A stretch of 58,327 nt of DNA from a virus (Duplodnaviria > Caudoviricetes): IMG/VR virus record IMGVR_UViG_3300037742_000080, positions 1 to 58,327 of that record; one strand, written 5' to 3'. Of this stretch, positions 9,206-19,027 are shown piece by piece. The notes beneath the pieces are model-generated. The model saw nothing but the letters and a program-made list of their open reading frames with translations. It was not told the DNA's origin and made no database searches. Numbering within the stretch: the stretch's first letter is position 1; every line of letters starts with the position of its first letter. Position numbers and translations under genes: made by a program.

Positions 9206-9808
9206 ATGGCAACCGACAAGAAAGACGTCCGTAAGGTCACGACCCCCCGCTTCCGCGCCAGCTTCGTCTGGGCGTTCAAGCCGCAGCCCCCGATGGAGGG
9301 CGGCACCGGCGAGCCGAAGTACGGCGTCACCATGCTGTTCGACGAGGCGGCCCGCAAGACGCCGCAGTACGAGGCGATGAAGAAGCTGGCGGTGCACGCC
9401 GCGAAGGAGAAGTTCGGCGACAAGCTGAAGCCGGACGGCAAGGGCTGGTTCATCGGCCTGCGCAACCCGTTCCGCGACGGCGCCGAGAAGTCCGAGCTGG
9501 AAGGCTACGAGGGCATGACCTTCGCCAGCGCCACCAGCAAGATGCAGCCCGGCATCGTTGACCAGACGCTGAACCGCATCATCAGCGAGGACGACTACTA
9601 CAGCGGCTGCTACTCCCGCGCCACCGTCACGGCCTACGGCTACGACAAGGCGGGGAACAAGGGCGTCGCGTTCGGCCTGCAGAACCTGCAGAAGCTGGGC
9701 GACGGCGATCGCTTCTCCGGCCGCACCGCCGCCGAGGACGACTTCGACTCCGTCGACGACTTCGTCGGCGAGGGGGCCACGCAGGGCGAGGCCAGCTTCC
9801 TGGACTGA
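9206..9808 (+). CDS. ssb: Single-stranded DNA-binding protein (DUF2815/T7 gp2.5-like)
   Basis: PKYGVTMLF, NPFRDG, YSGCY, GNKGVAFGLQNLQKLGDG, acidic C-terminal tail. Confidence 0.85.
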   Translation: MATDKKDVRKVTTPRFRASFVWAFKPQPPMEGGTGEPKYGVTMLFDEAARKTPQYEAMKKLAVHAAKEKFGDKLKPDGKGWFIGLRNPFRDGAEKSELEGYEGMTFASATSKMQPGIVDQTLNRIISEDDYYSGCYSRATVTAYGYDKAGNKGVAFGLQNLQKLGDGDRFSGRTAAEDDFDSVDDFVGEGATQGEASFLD

Positions 9809-9827
9809 CGGGCCGGTCCGGCGAGTC

Positions 9828-9862
9828 AAAAAGAGGGGCCATGATGGTCCCTCTTTTTTTTT
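9828..9862 (+). terminator. Rho-independent terminator (possibly bidirectional)
   Basis: aaaaagaggggcc-atgat-ggtccctctttttttt. Confidence 0.85.
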
Positions 9863-9871
9863 CCGCAGGGC

Positions 9872-9902
9872 CGCTCCCAGGGCGAAAGTTTCCAGCCATA
9901 AT
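9872..9902 (+). promoter_or_regulatory. Putative promoter CGCTCCCA-N17-CATAAT
   Basis: Same CTCCCA-N17-CATAAT core as 22929 and 44559. Confidence 0.6.
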
Positions 9903-9932
9903 GTCATCATGTTCAATCGATTGGAGACTGGC

Positions 9933-10712
9933 ATGGCGGACACGAGCTTCTTCACGCGCGCTGGCAGCCCGATACCGGCGGCCGACATCACGCAGGTCGA
10001 CGGAGTCCACTGCACCTACCGGTTCCAACGCTGTTGCCACAGGTGCGGCGGGCTTGGCGGCTCCAGCGCCTGGGCTGCCACCGGCTGGACGTGCTACGAG
10101 TGCGGCGGCGTGGGCAGGTGGCCGGAGTCGGCTCGCGGTTACACCGCGGAGCGCCTCGCACAGCTCAACGCCATGCTGGAAAAGCGTCGAGCCAAGGTCG
10201 AGAAGGCGCGCAGGGCCAAGGCCGAGGCGGAGGAGCAGCGGGTGGCCGGCCTGCGGGATGTCTTCAGGGCCGAGCACCAGGAGGCCATCGCTTGGCTGGA
10301 GGCCAACGCCAAGGAGGACGACCAAGGCGAACCAAACTTTGCTGGGTCAGTGTTGCAGGCGTTCTATAAGTGGGGCAGCTTGACGGATGGTCAGCTGCGG
10401 GCCGTCGAGGACATCATCGTCAAGGAGCGCGAGCGCCTCGAGCGGGCCAAGCGCAGCCGGCACCTCGGGGCGGTGAAGGACCGCGTCACCGTGACCCTGA
10501 CGGTCGAGCATGTGCTGGACTGGTCCTATGGGTCCTACCCCACCATCTACCGCTACTGCAACTTGTGCCGCGATGAGCACGGTAATCGCGTGAAGTACGT
10601 GGGGTCCAAGGTGCTCGAGGACGGTGCCTACAAGGCGACGATCAAGGAGCTCGGCGAGTACAAGGGCGAGCTCGAGACCACGATCGAGCGCCCGAAGGCC
10701 GTGCAGGCATGA
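9933..10712 (+). CDS. Hypothetical protein with Zn finger (CxxC...CxxC) and C-terminal OB-like domain
   Basis: CHRCGG and CYECGG motifs; GGAG RBS. Confidence 0.75.
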   Translation: MADTSFFTRAGSPIPAADITQVDGVHCTYRFQRCCHRCGGLGGSSAWAATGWTCYECGGVGRWPESARGYTAERLAQLNAMLEKRRAKVEKARRAKAEAEEQRVAGLRDVFRAEHQEAIAWLEANAKEDDQGEPNFAGSVLQAFYKWGSLTDGQLRAVEDIIVKERERLERAKRSRHLGAVKDRVTVTLTVEHVLDWSYGSYPTIYRYCNLCRDEHGNRVKYVGSKVLEDGAYKATIKELGEYKGELETTIERPKAVQA

Positions 10713-10912
10713 CGCCGACCGTCCGCATGCGGGATCGCGTCGAGGCGGTCGGCTACCAGTTCCTGCAGGACGCCGCCGGCTGGGCGCTGTACGACCTCGA
10801 CGACCGGTCGGAGGTTCCCGGCACGCGGGCCAAGATGTACGGGGATTCCATATGGGCCGCGGCGTCCGTGCTCGGCCTAGAACACGAAGAAGGAGAGCAA
10901 GATGGAAGCTGA
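10709..10912 (+). CDS. Hypothetical protein
   Basis: ATGA-coupled ORF. Confidence 0.65.
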   Translation: MTPTVRMRDRVEAVGYQFLQDAAGWALYDLDDRSEVPGTRAKMYGDSIWAAASVLGLEHEEGEQDGS

Positions 10913-11585
10913 ACGTAGGGAGAAGCTGGTCTCCCGGCTCAAGAAGTGCCTCGCGCTGTCGGCCAGCCCGGAGCCGCACGAGGCGGCCGCGGCCCTGCGG
11001 CAGGCGCAGAAGCTGATGCGCGAGCTGGACCTCACCGAGGCCGACCTGCTCGGGCTGGAGCTCGCCGACGCGCTCGTCAAGACGAGGGAGGGCTTCGGCG
11101 CCTGCCGCACGATGAACTTCCTGACGTCCCTCGTCATGGAGGCCTTCGGCGTCCAGTGCATCTACGAGCGCAACCCGGGCTCAGCCAACCGGCTCAACGT
11201 GCGCTACGTCGGCCCGCGCGACCGCGTGCTGCTCGCCGAGTACTCCCACCGAGTGGTCTGGCGGGCCATGCAGGGCGCGTGGGACGACTTCCTGTCGAAG
11301 CGGCCGTGGCTGAAGGGCGACGGCGGCAAGCGACAGGCATTCCACCTCGGCTGGCTGGTCGGCGTCCGCGAGAAGGTCGAGGCGATCGTGCCACCCGAGG
11401 AGGAGACGGCCGCGGTCAATAGCTGGATCGCCCGGCGCTACGGCGAGCTCGTGCCCGGCAAGGCGGTAAAGCAGAAGCCGGTAAACGCCGCCGCGTTCAA
11501 CGCGGGCGTCGAGGCCGCCGAGGACTTCTCCCTACACACCCCGGTCGAGGAGCAGCGCCTCGCCATCACCAACCAAGGAGCATGA
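10902..11585 (+). CDS. DUF2786-domain protein
   Basis: RLKKCLALSASPEPHEAAAALRQAQKLM motif. Confidence 0.8.
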   Translation: MEAERREKLVSRLKKCLALSASPEPHEAAAALRQAQKLMRELDLTEADLLGLELADALVKTREGFGACRTMNFLTSLVMEAFGVQCIYERNPGSANRLNVRYVGPRDRVLLAEYSHRVVWRAMQGAWDDFLSKRPWLKGDGGKRQAFHLGWLVGVREKVEAIVPPEEETAAVNSWIARRYGELVPGKAVKQKPVNAAAFNAGVEAAEDFSLHTPVEEQRLAITNQGA

Positions 11586-11586
11586 C

Positions 11587-11805
11587 ATGAGTGCCAAGGG
11601 CAATAATCCGCGGTACCCACACCGCATGACTTTCTCCGCCAATGCGCTGCAGCTCTTAGCACAGTCGCAGGCGGCACAAGATACTCTTGACCTGATACAG
11701 GGGCGGCAGCTCCGTATGTCCCTGCAGGACGCAGGTCCATTCGGCCGCGTGGTCGTCCAACAGTTCCAGGACGAGGTCCTATTCACCATGGAGCACAAGA
11801 CATGA
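11587..11805 (+). CDS. Hypothetical protein
   Basis: AAGGAG RBS, operon position. Confidence 0.6.
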   Translation: MSAKGNNPRYPHRMTFSANALQLLAQSQAAQDTLDLIQGRQLRMSLQDAGPFGRVVVQQFQDEVLFTMEHKT

Positions 11806-12152
11806 GCTGGCTCAAGACCATCCTGTGGGTGCTGATGACGGGGGGCGTGAAGTCCCCTCTTCGCGTGCTGCAAGAGGGCGAGCACTACGTCGTCGTGCGG
11901 CGCGGCGGTAGGCTGCACGTCGAGCGCCCGGCCGATCCAGTCAAGGAGCCCGAGGCCACTCCTATGCGGTTCGACCGCGGCCGGCGCGTGGTGGCTCTTG
12001 ACACTGCCGGCTTCCACCGTGGTGCCAGGGGCTCCGTGTCGTTCCAGGAGCCGGGCCCCGGCGGACGTGTGTGGGTGCTGCGCGACGGCGCCGGGTACGA
12101 GGTCTTCTACTACCCGCACGAGCTGGCGGCGGACACGGAGGCAGAGGAATGA
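11802..12152 (+). CDS. Hypothetical protein
   Basis: ATGA-coupled ORF. Confidence 0.65.
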   Translation: MSWLKTILWVLMTGGVKSPLRVLQEGEHYVVVRRGGRLHVERPADPVKEPEATPMRFDRGRRVVALDTAGFHRGARGSVSFQEPGPGGRVWVLRDGAGYEVFYYPHELAADTEAEE

Positions 12153-12412
12153 TGGCTGTCCAGAGAATCTTCCTCGTCATCGGCGGGCCGCACGACGGCA
12201 TGGCGTTCCGGCCGATTGACGGCGTGCCGCGCGAGGGTCAGGTGCTCGAGCTCGAGGGCCATGACTACGCCGTCCGGCGGGTGCCGCGCACGCGGGACAA
12301 CCTGATGATCCCGCGCTACGTGCTCCTGCACGGGTCCATGTCAGGGTGCGACGTCGTCTGGCAGGCCTTCATGGCGACGATGCGGGCCTGGGCGGCGGAG
12401 GTGCTGCGGTGA
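12149..12412 (+). CDS. Hypothetical protein
   Basis: ATGA-coupled; IGGPHDG motif common in small phage proteins. Confidence 0.65.
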   Translation: MMAVQRIFLVIGGPHDGMAFRPIDGVPREGQVLELEGHDYAVRRVPRTRDNLMIPRYVLLHGSMSGCDVVWQAFMATMRAWAAEVLR

Positions 12413-12804
12413 GCCGGTGCAGGGAGCACGGGGTCACGCAGCCCTGCCCGCTGTGTGCCAAGGGAGCCTGGCCCCTCAGAGACCTCAACGCCGTGGCCGA
12501 CTTCGCCGGCAACCCGGTAGACCGGCCGGACGGCCTCGTCCCTGGCAGGCGCTACGTCCGGCTGTCCGAGGTGGTGCGCTCGATAGGCCGGCGCTGGACG
12601 GAGCTCGAGCGGGTGAAGTTGACCGCGCTGGCACCGATCTATGCCACAAAGAACGCGCTGGTGAGGGAGGCGCGCATCGGGGCCATTGACGTCGGCCGCC
12701 TCGAGAAGGCCGCTCGGCAGGTCGCCAAGGGCATGGAGTCCGACCCGGACCCGGTAGTCAAGCACTACATGCGCGCCATCATAGACGAGGAGTCCCCGTG
12801 GTAA
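12409..12804 (+). CDS. Hypothetical protein (N-terminal CxxH...CxxC)
   Basis: GTGA-coupled with GGAGG RBS. Confidence 0.6.
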   Translation: MSRCREHGVTQPCPLCAKGAWPLRDLNAVADFAGNPVDRPDGLVPGRRYVRLSEVVRSIGRRWTELERVKLTALAPIYATKNALVREARIGAIDVGRLEKAARQVAKGMESDPDPVVKHYMRAIIDEESPW

Positions 12805-12810
12805 GACGGC

Positions 12811-12841
12811 GGCTTACCTGGCTGCCCGGCCCGGTCATAAT
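12811..12841 (+). promoter_or_regulatory. Putative promoter GGCTTACC-N17-CATAAT
   Basis: Recurrent motif upstream of endonuclease/polymerase. Confidence 0.55.
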
Positions 12842-12872
12842 GCTCTCCAAGTATACGAATTGGAGAGCACCA

Positions 12873-13445
12873 ATGCAGCCTAATGTGCTGGACCTTGTTG
12901 CACCACTACTGGAGAGTGGTGTACATGACCTGACTGAGATGACGGAGCGACTGGCTCCGCAACTCGGCTACACCCCTCGCCGTGCCACACTGGCTAATTA
13001 TCGCTCCTTGTTCCGTAGATTCGGCAAGGCATGGCGTGAAGAATTGCGTGAAGCAAATAAACAATGGGGACGTGATAATCGCGAGGCTCATACTGAAGCT
13101 TCCCGCAAGTGGGCCGAATCCTACCCAGCTCGAGCCCTGCTTGGGCAGGCAAAACAGAGGGCCAAGCAGCGCGGCTTGGCTTGTGAGTTGACGGAGGAGT
13201 ATGTAGCAAGCTTGCTGCAACCGTGGCTCTGCTCAGTAACTGGAATACCTCTATCTATTGAGCGCAGTGGCTGCGAGTCCCTGAAAAACCCGTGGGCGCC
13301 GTCATTAGATCGTATAGATCGACAGCAAGGCTATGTAGAGGGCAATGTACGCGTGACCTGCTGGCTATTCAATCACATGCGTGGCGACTATTCAGACGAA
13401 AGTGTGTTGCTGGTTGCGCGGGCTCTTGTGGAGGCCAGTATATGA
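12873..13445 (+). CDS. HNH-like (beta-beta-alpha-Me) putative homing endonuclease
   Basis: CSVTG...PSLDRID...GYVEGNVRVTCWLFN; visibly lower GC than flanks. Confidence 0.75.
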   Translation: MQPNVLDLVAPLLESGVHDLTEMTERLAPQLGYTPRRATLANYRSLFRRFGKAWREELREANKQWGRDNREAHTEASRKWAESYPARALLGQAKQRAKQRGLACELTEEYVASLLQPWLCSVTGIPLSIERSGCESLKNPWAPSLDRIDRQQGYVEGNVRVTCWLFNHMRGDYSDESVLLVARALVEASI

Positions 13446-15640
13446 GCGAACCTGCTTTGGTTGAGTCTCCTATTGCTCGCGCAGTCAAGGAGATAACCTA
13501 TGACAACCCCATCAAAGCCACTATTGACTTTGAAACTCGTTCTGCATGCTCCATAAAGGATTGTGGCTCATGGCGTTATTCACTTGATCCTACGACGCAG
13601 GTCATGTGCATGGCCTTCAGGCTACCGCATTGGGAGGAGGGCAGGACTGCCCTGTGGCATCCTGCCTTCCCGCACCTTGGTGTCGAGGAGGCAGATTGTC
13701 CAGAGCTGGAAGAACTCTTTGCATGGATTGCAGAGGGTAAATTAGTCGAGGCCCACAATAGCTGGTTTGAGCGCGGCATCTGGACCAATATCTGCGTGCC
13801 CAAGCTTGGCTGGCCCGAGGTCGGCCACGGGCAGTGGCGGTGCTCCGCAGCCAAGGCGGCGGCGTACTCACTGCCGCGCTCCCTCGACGGCTGCACAGCG
13901 GCCCTGCGCCTCCGCGTCAAGAAGGACATGGAGGGCTCCAAGGTCATGAAGAAGATGGCAAAGCCGCGCAAGCCGCGGGTCGCTGAGGTAAAGCAGTGGG
14001 TTCAGGCGCACTCCGGCGTCGGGGTGCCGATTAAGCAGCTGATCGTGCAGACCGTGGCCACCGACTCTGGCTGGGCCGCCCACGTCACGTGGGACGGTGG
14101 CGAGCGCGAGTTCCAGCTGCCCATGTACTGGCACGAGTCGGTCGAGATGCTCGAGCGGCTGTGGGCCTACTGCCGCGTGGACGTGCTCGCCGAGGAGGCC
14201 GTGTCGCACCGCCTGCGCGACCTGTCCCACACCGAGACCAAGATGTACCTGATGGACCAGGCGATCAACGAGCGTGGGTTCCAGCTCGACAGGGAGGGCA
14301 TTGAGGCAGCGCTGGAGGTCGTGGAGGGCATCTTCTCCGAGCTGAACGCCGAGCTGGTGGCGCTGACCGAGGGCCAGGTGCAAAAGGCGACACAGCGCGC
14401 CCGCATGATTCAGTGGTTCAACGAGATGGGCCTGCCGCTCGAGGACACACAGGGAGGCACCATCGACTCGTGGCTAAAGCGCGAGGACCTGGAGGCAGAC
14501 GTCAGGCGCGGCCTGGAGCTCGTACGGGCGCTCGGCAGGTCGAGCACTGCCAAGTTCGTAGCCGCACAGAATTGGGCTGCCCCGAGCACCTGGAGGGTAC
14601 ACGGCGGACTGCTCTACCACGGTGCAGGCACAGGCCGGTGGTCCGGCTCAGGCGTGCAGCCGCACAACTTCCCCCGTGGCAGCATCAAGGACATGGAGCT
14701 GGCATGGGAGGTCATCAAGACCCGCGACGTCCCCTTCATGGAGATGATGTATGGGGACGTCATGACGCTGTTGTCCCACGCCTTGCGCGGGATGATTGTG
14801 CCGTCACCCGGTCGGAAGCTGATGGTCGCTGACTATGCGGCGATTGAGGCCCGCGTTGTGCTCTGGTTGGCGGACGATGAGGAGGCCCTGGACGTCTTCC
14901 GCCGGAAGGAGTGCATCTACATGGCCATGGCGACCGAGATATACGGTCGCCCCATCACCGACAAGGTGAAGCAGGCCGACGAGCGCCAGATGGGCAAGCA
15001 GGCTGTCCTTGGCCTGGGCTACCAGATGGGGGCCAAGAAGTTTCAGGCGACCCTCGCGGAGAAGTGGGGCATCTTCATCGAGCTCGACTTCGCCCAGCAG
15101 ATTGTCGACACCTACCGGGAGAAGTTCTGGCGGGTCAAGAAGATGTGGTGGGACCAGGAGGCTGCAGCCATCGCGGCGGTCAAGAACCCCGGCCGGACGT
15201 TCCGCTGCGGCAAGGTGTACTGGAGGTCGTTCGACGGCTTCCTGCACTGCAAGCTGCCGAGCGGCCGGCTGCTGGGCTACTGCGACCCGCAGGTGCTCAA
15301 GAAGAAGACGCCGTGGGGTGAGGAGCGTGACTGCCTCACCTACATGGGCGTCGACCCATACACCAAGAAGTGGCGTCGTCAGGACACCTACGGTGGCATG
15401 CTTGTCGAGAACATCACCCAGGCGACTGCCCGTGACCTGATGGCTGACGCCATGCTCCGCTGCCACGAGGACGGTATCTACGACGTCATCTTGTCGGTGC
15501 ACGACGAACTCATCGCTGAGTGCGACGAGGACAAGGGCAGCGTGGAGGACTTCGAGGCCACCATGGCGCACGTGCCCGAGTGGGCTGCTGGGTGCCCAGT
15601 CGCCGCCGAAGGCTGGTCTGGCTACCGCTACAAGAAGTAG
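13442..15640 (+). CDS. DNA polymerase family A with 3'-5' exonuclease
   Basis: IDFETRS, AHNSWFE, TGRWSG, ADYAAIEAR (motif A), RQMGKQAVLGLGY (B), SVHDE (C). Confidence 0.95.
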   Translation: MSEPALVESPIARAVKEITYDNPIKATIDFETRSACSIKDCGSWRYSLDPTTQVMCMAFRLPHWEEGRTALWHPAFPHLGVEEADCPELEELFAWIAEGKLVEAHNSWFERGIWTNICVPKLGWPEVGHGQWRCSAAKAAAYSLPRSLDGCTAALRLRVKKDMEGSKVMKKMAKPRKPRVAEVKQWVQAHSGVGVPIKQLIVQTVATDSGWAAHVTWDGGEREFQLPMYWHESVEMLERLWAYCRVDVLAEEAVSHRLRDLSHTETKMYLMDQAINERGFQLDREGIEAALEVVEGIFSELNAELVALTEGQVQKATQRARMIQWFNEMGLPLEDTQGGTIDSWLKREDLEADVRRGLELVRALGRSSTAKFVAAQNWAAPSTWRVHGGLLYHGAGTGRWSGSGVQPHNFPRGSIKDMELAWEVIKTRDVPFMEMMYGDVMTLLSHALRGMIVPSPGRKLMVADYAAIEARVVLWLADDEEALDVFRRKECIYMAMATEIYGRPITDKVKQADERQMGKQAVLGLGYQMGAKKFQATLAEKWGIFIELDFAQQIVDTYREKFWRVKKMWWDQEAAAIAAVKNPGRTFRCGKVYWRSFDGFLHCKLPSGRLLGYCDPQVLKKKTPWGEERDCLTYMGVDPYTKKWRRQDTYGGMLVENITQATARDLMADAMLRCHEDGIYDVILSVHDELIAECDEDKGSVEDFEATMAHVPEWAAGCPVAAEGWSGYRYKK

Positions 15641-15650
15641 GAGAGAAGAG

Positions 15651-15842
15651 ATGCAAGAGAAGAAGGACGCGGGCCGCTGCCCGCACCACGGGCGCCCATG
15701 GGAGGGCGGCCGAGAGTACGCCTGCGGGTGCGCGATAGACAAGTGGACGCTGGCCAAGCTCCGCGAGGGGTCGAAGTCGGCCACTGCGCGGCCGCACCCA
15801 GGCTACACGGTGGAGGGCGAGGACGATGGATACCACGACTGA
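15651..15842 (+). CDS. Small Cys/His hypothetical protein
   Basis: AGGAG RBS; between pol and helicase. Confidence 0.55.
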   Translation: MQEKKDAGRCPHHGRPWEGGREYACGCAIDKWTLAKLREGSKSATARPHPGYTVEGEDDGYHD

Positions 15843-17319
15843 GTTCCCGTTCCGCCTCAAAAACTTCCGCCACCAGCAGGATGAGTGGGACCGTCACCGC
15901 GACGACGACGCCCGCGCCCTGCTGTGGCAGATGCGGACCGGCAAGACCAAGGCGACGCTTGACCTCGCCTGCTACCGCAGGCAGAAGGGCGACATCCAGG
16001 CCGTGTTGGTCATCGCCCCTAATGGCGTCCACGTGAACTGGATTCGCCGGCAGCTGCCGCAGCACATGTGGGAGACCGTCCCGTACATCGCGCACGCCTG
16101 GCAGGCGAGCGAGGCCCACAAGCCCGAGCACGCCGCATCGCTCGAGCGGGTCCTGTCGTGCCGCGGCGAGGCGCTGGCCGTGCTCGCCGTCAACTCGGAG
16201 TCCATCATCCACGACAAGCCGGCGAAGATCATCGCCCGCTTCCTGCGGCGACACCAGGGCAAGTGCATGCTGGTCGTCGACGAGTCGCACGACTTCCGCT
16301 CGCCGGGCTCCAAGCGCACCAAGCGGGCGCGGTCCCTCAAGAAATACTGCAAGGTCCGCCGCATCCTGACGGGGACAGCGGTGTCCAACAGCCCACTGGC
16401 AGCGTACAGCCAGTTCGAGCTGCTCGAGAACCACGCCCTCGGCTTCGAGAACTTTGCCGACTTCGAGGGACACTACGCCTACTACGTCCAGGAGCGCACG
16501 AAGGGCGGGCGGTCCTACGACCGGCTGGACCACTACCGCAACCTGGACGACCTGCAGGAGAAGATGTCCAGGTGGGCCTCCGTGGTCCTCCGGGAGGACG
16601 TCGACGATATGCCTGACCTGGTTATGGACGAGCGCACCGTGACGCTGCCAGAGGCCCAGATGAAGGCCTACCGCACGCTGCTCAAGGAGATGATCCTGGA
16701 GCTCGAGGACGGCGGCGAGGTCGAGGCCATCGACGGCGGCGCGCGGCTCGTCAAGCTGCAGCAGATGCTTGGCGGGTTCGTCGTCGACGTGGACGGGCAG
16801 GTCAGGGAGCTTCTGTCGGACGAAGAGAACCCGAGGCTGCAGGCCATGCTGGACGAGGTGCGCGGCTCCGACAGCAAGGTCATCGTCTGGTGCAAGTACC
16901 GTGAGGACATCCGGCGGGTCGTCCGTGCGCTGACTGCTGAGGGCGTGCGGTGCGTGGAGTACCACGGGGCCGTCCACTCGCAGTCGAAGCGCCAGCAGGC
17001 CATCGACGACTTCAACAACGACCCCGGCGTGCGCGTGTTCGTGGGCCAGCCCAAGGCGGGCGGCCAGGGTCTCGACCTGTCGGCAGCTGACCTCATCCTC
17101 TGGTACTCGCACACGTTCGACCTGATCGAGCGGGACCAGGCGAACGAGCGCGCCACCCAGATCGGCGGCAAGACCGTCACCATCAAGGACTTTGTCACCC
17201 CTGGCACTGTCGACGAGTACATCCTCGCCAACTTGAACGAGAAGCGCTCGGTGTCAGAGTCGCTCGCCGGACGTGGACTTCGCGATCGTCTGCTGGCCCT
17301 GTTCAGGACGCAGCTGTGA
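15826..17319 (+). CDS. SNF2-family SF2 helicase
   Basis: MRTGKT, VDESH, LTGT, GGQGLDL, QANERA motifs. Confidence 0.9.
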   Translation: MDTTTEFPFRLKNFRHQQDEWDRHRDDDARALLWQMRTGKTKATLDLACYRRQKGDIQAVLVIAPNGVHVNWIRRQLPQHMWETVPYIAHAWQASEAHKPEHAASLERVLSCRGEALAVLAVNSESIIHDKPAKIIARFLRRHQGKCMLVVDESHDFRSPGSKRTKRARSLKKYCKVRRILTGTAVSNSPLAAYSQFELLENHALGFENFADFEGHYAYYVQERTKGGRSYDRLDHYRNLDDLQEKMSRWASVVLREDVDDMPDLVMDERTVTLPEAQMKAYRTLLKEMILELEDGGEVEAIDGGARLVKLQQMLGGFVVDVDGQVRELLSDEENPRLQAMLDEVRGSDSKVIVWCKYREDIRRVVRALTAEGVRCVEYHGAVHSQSKRQQAIDDFNNDPGVRVFVGQPKAGGQGLDLSAADLILWYSHTFDLIERDQANERATQIGGKTVTIKDFVTPGTVDEYILANLNEKRSVSESLAGRGLRDRLLALFRTQL

Positions 17320-17345
17320 TAGCCCCGGCCGGAGACACGAACGAC

Positions 17346-17376
17346 GGCTCCACGAACTACGCCCCGGCGGTACACT
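17346..17376 (+). promoter_or_regulatory. Putative promoter GGCTCCAC-N17-TACACT
   Basis: Recurrent motif preceded by ACGAC. Confidence 0.6.
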
Positions 17377-17457
17377 ACACCCACTGACGCACGCCGGGCA
17401 AGCCGCCCGATCGGGCGGCGACAGTCCCTAAACCCAGACTCTATGAAGGAGAGCACC

Positions 17458-17922
17458 ATGACTGAAGACGTGAAGACCAACGAAGCCGAGCAACCCAAGG
17501 AGAAGACCCCTGGCGTGGGCGACGTGGCCAAGGACCTGATCCGCGGCGGCAAGACCAACGAGGAAGTCCTTGCTGCCATCAAGGAGCAGTTCCCGGACGC
17601 CAAGACCTCGATGGCCAGCATCAACTGGTACCGCAACAAGCTGCGCGGCGACGGCGAAGAAGTCCCGACGGCTCGCGAGCTGAAGGCTGATGCCAAGGCC
17701 GAGCAGAAGGCCGCCAAGGAAGCCGCCAAGGTGGAAGCCAAGGCGAAGAAGGACGCCGAGAAGGCGGAAGCCAAGGCGAAGAAGGACGCCGAGAAGGCCG
17801 AGAAGAAGGCAGCCGCCGACAAGGCGAAGGCCGACGCCAAGGCCCAGAAGGAAGCCGAGAAGAAGGCTGCCACTGACAAGGGCGCCGACGGCGAAGGCAA
17901 GGGCCAGGACTTCCTCGAGTAA
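17458..17922 (+). CDS. HTH-like protein with Ala/Lys-rich histone-like tail
   Basis: KTNEEVLAAIKEQFPDAKTSMASINWYRNKLR plus AKAKKDAEK repeats. Confidence 0.75.
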   Translation: MTEDVKTNEAEQPKEKTPGVGDVAKDLIRGGKTNEEVLAAIKEQFPDAKTSMASINWYRNKLRGDGEEVPTARELKADAKAEQKAAKEAAKVEAKAKKDAEKAEAKAKKDAEKAEKKAAADKAKADAKAQKEAEKKAATDKGADGEGKGQDFLE

Positions 17923-17940
17923 GACCCGAGGGAAGACGAT

Positions 17941-17971
17941 GGTTCACGGGGTAATGCCCCGGGCCTAAGAT
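17941..17971 (+). promoter_or_regulatory. Putative promoter GGTTCACG-N17-TAAGAT
   Basis: Recurrent motif preceded by ACGAT. Confidence 0.55.
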
Positions 17972-18025
17972 AGGGGAACATGCTGCAGAGCATGTTCCCC
18001 TTCTTCATTCAGGAGCCTACAGACC

Positions 18026-19027
18026 ATGATCCGATTTGCCCGCATCTACTTCGTACGCGGTGACGCGCCGAGCCACACCCGCAGCCGACAGGAGGTCCGA
18101 GACCCGCCCTGCTCGGGGCACGGTCACGTGGCCATCCTGGTGGGCGAGAAGCGATCGACCCTGCTGAGCCCCTTCTCGCTGCAGGCTTGGCAGGTCAGCA
18201 ACTCCTGCGACGAGCTGCGCGGGGCCGTGGACGTCGAGTGCCCACCGGAGAAGCTGGCCTCCTTCATCTACAAGGCTTGGGAGGAGTGCGTCAAGCTTGG
18301 GTTCCAACGCGACTTCGGCGTCGCTGCCATGGTGCTGACCGAGCTCGGCCAGCCGGTGCCCAAGTACCTGCCTCCTCCGGTGGATGAGGCAAAGCGGGAG
18401 GAGTCCAAGCGTGGCGGCAAGCCAGTAAACGAAGAGGCCCTGCGCCCGTGCAAGCCGACAAGCAAGCGCGGCGAGGTGGCGGCCTTCTTCATGCAGGACG
18501 GGCCACAGTCGCTGCACGAGGCGATGGCCCGGCTCGGTCTAACCCGCTCGGGGGTGTTGTCCCACCTGTTCACCCTCAACAAGGACCACGGCGTCGGCTA
18601 CGAGCTCGTGAGCGACTGCGCCCGACTGATCGTGCCAGAGGGCTTCGACCTGTTCGCGTGGGTTGAGCCCGAGAAGCCCGCGAGGGCGGAGAAGCCAGCA
18701 CGTGCCAACGAAGACGGCACGCCCTACGAGCCCAAGAAGCGCACCAGCGGCAAGCCCGTGGTGCCCGAGGCGCTCAAGCCAATCCCCGAGCCGGGGAAGA
18801 GGGCAACGGTGGCCCGCTTCTTTGTGTCGGGGTTCCACGACCTCGCCGAGGTGTGCGCCAAGCTCGACCTGGACCGCTCCGCCGTGCTGTCCCACCTGTT
18901 CACCATCAACAAGGAGAACGGGCTGGGCTACGAGCTGAGCGACGACGGGAAGTGCGCCCGGCTGATCGTACCGGAGGGCCATCAGGTCTTCGGTCCCAAG
19001 GTGCCGCGGACCAAGAAGGGCGAGTGA
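18026..19027 (+). CDS. Protein with two tandem winged-HTH-like domains
   Basis: Duplicated unit ending VLSHLFT(L/I)NK..G.GYEL...CARLIVPEG. Confidence 0.75.
   Translation: MIRFARIYFVRGDAPSHTRSRQEVRDPPCSGHGHVAILVGEKRSTLLSPFSLQAWQVSNSCDELRGAVDVECPPEKLASFIYKAWEECVKLGFQRDFGVAAMVLTELGQPVPKYLPPPVDEAKREESKRGGKPVNEEALRPCKPTSKRGEVAAFFMQDGPQSLHEAMARLGLTRSGVLSHLFTLNKDHGVGYELVSDCARLIVPEGFDLFAWVEPEKPARAEKPARANEDGTPYEPKKRTSGKPVVPEALKPIPEPGKRATVARFFVSGFHDLAEVCAKLDLDRSAVLSHLFTINKENGLGYELSDDGKCARLIVPEGHQVFGPKVPRTKKGE

Noticed and set aside
13442-15640. Intron or intein in pol (also RNR, terL)
   Set aside because: Frames are continuous and of normal size with no intein terminal motifs; the endonucleases are free-standing
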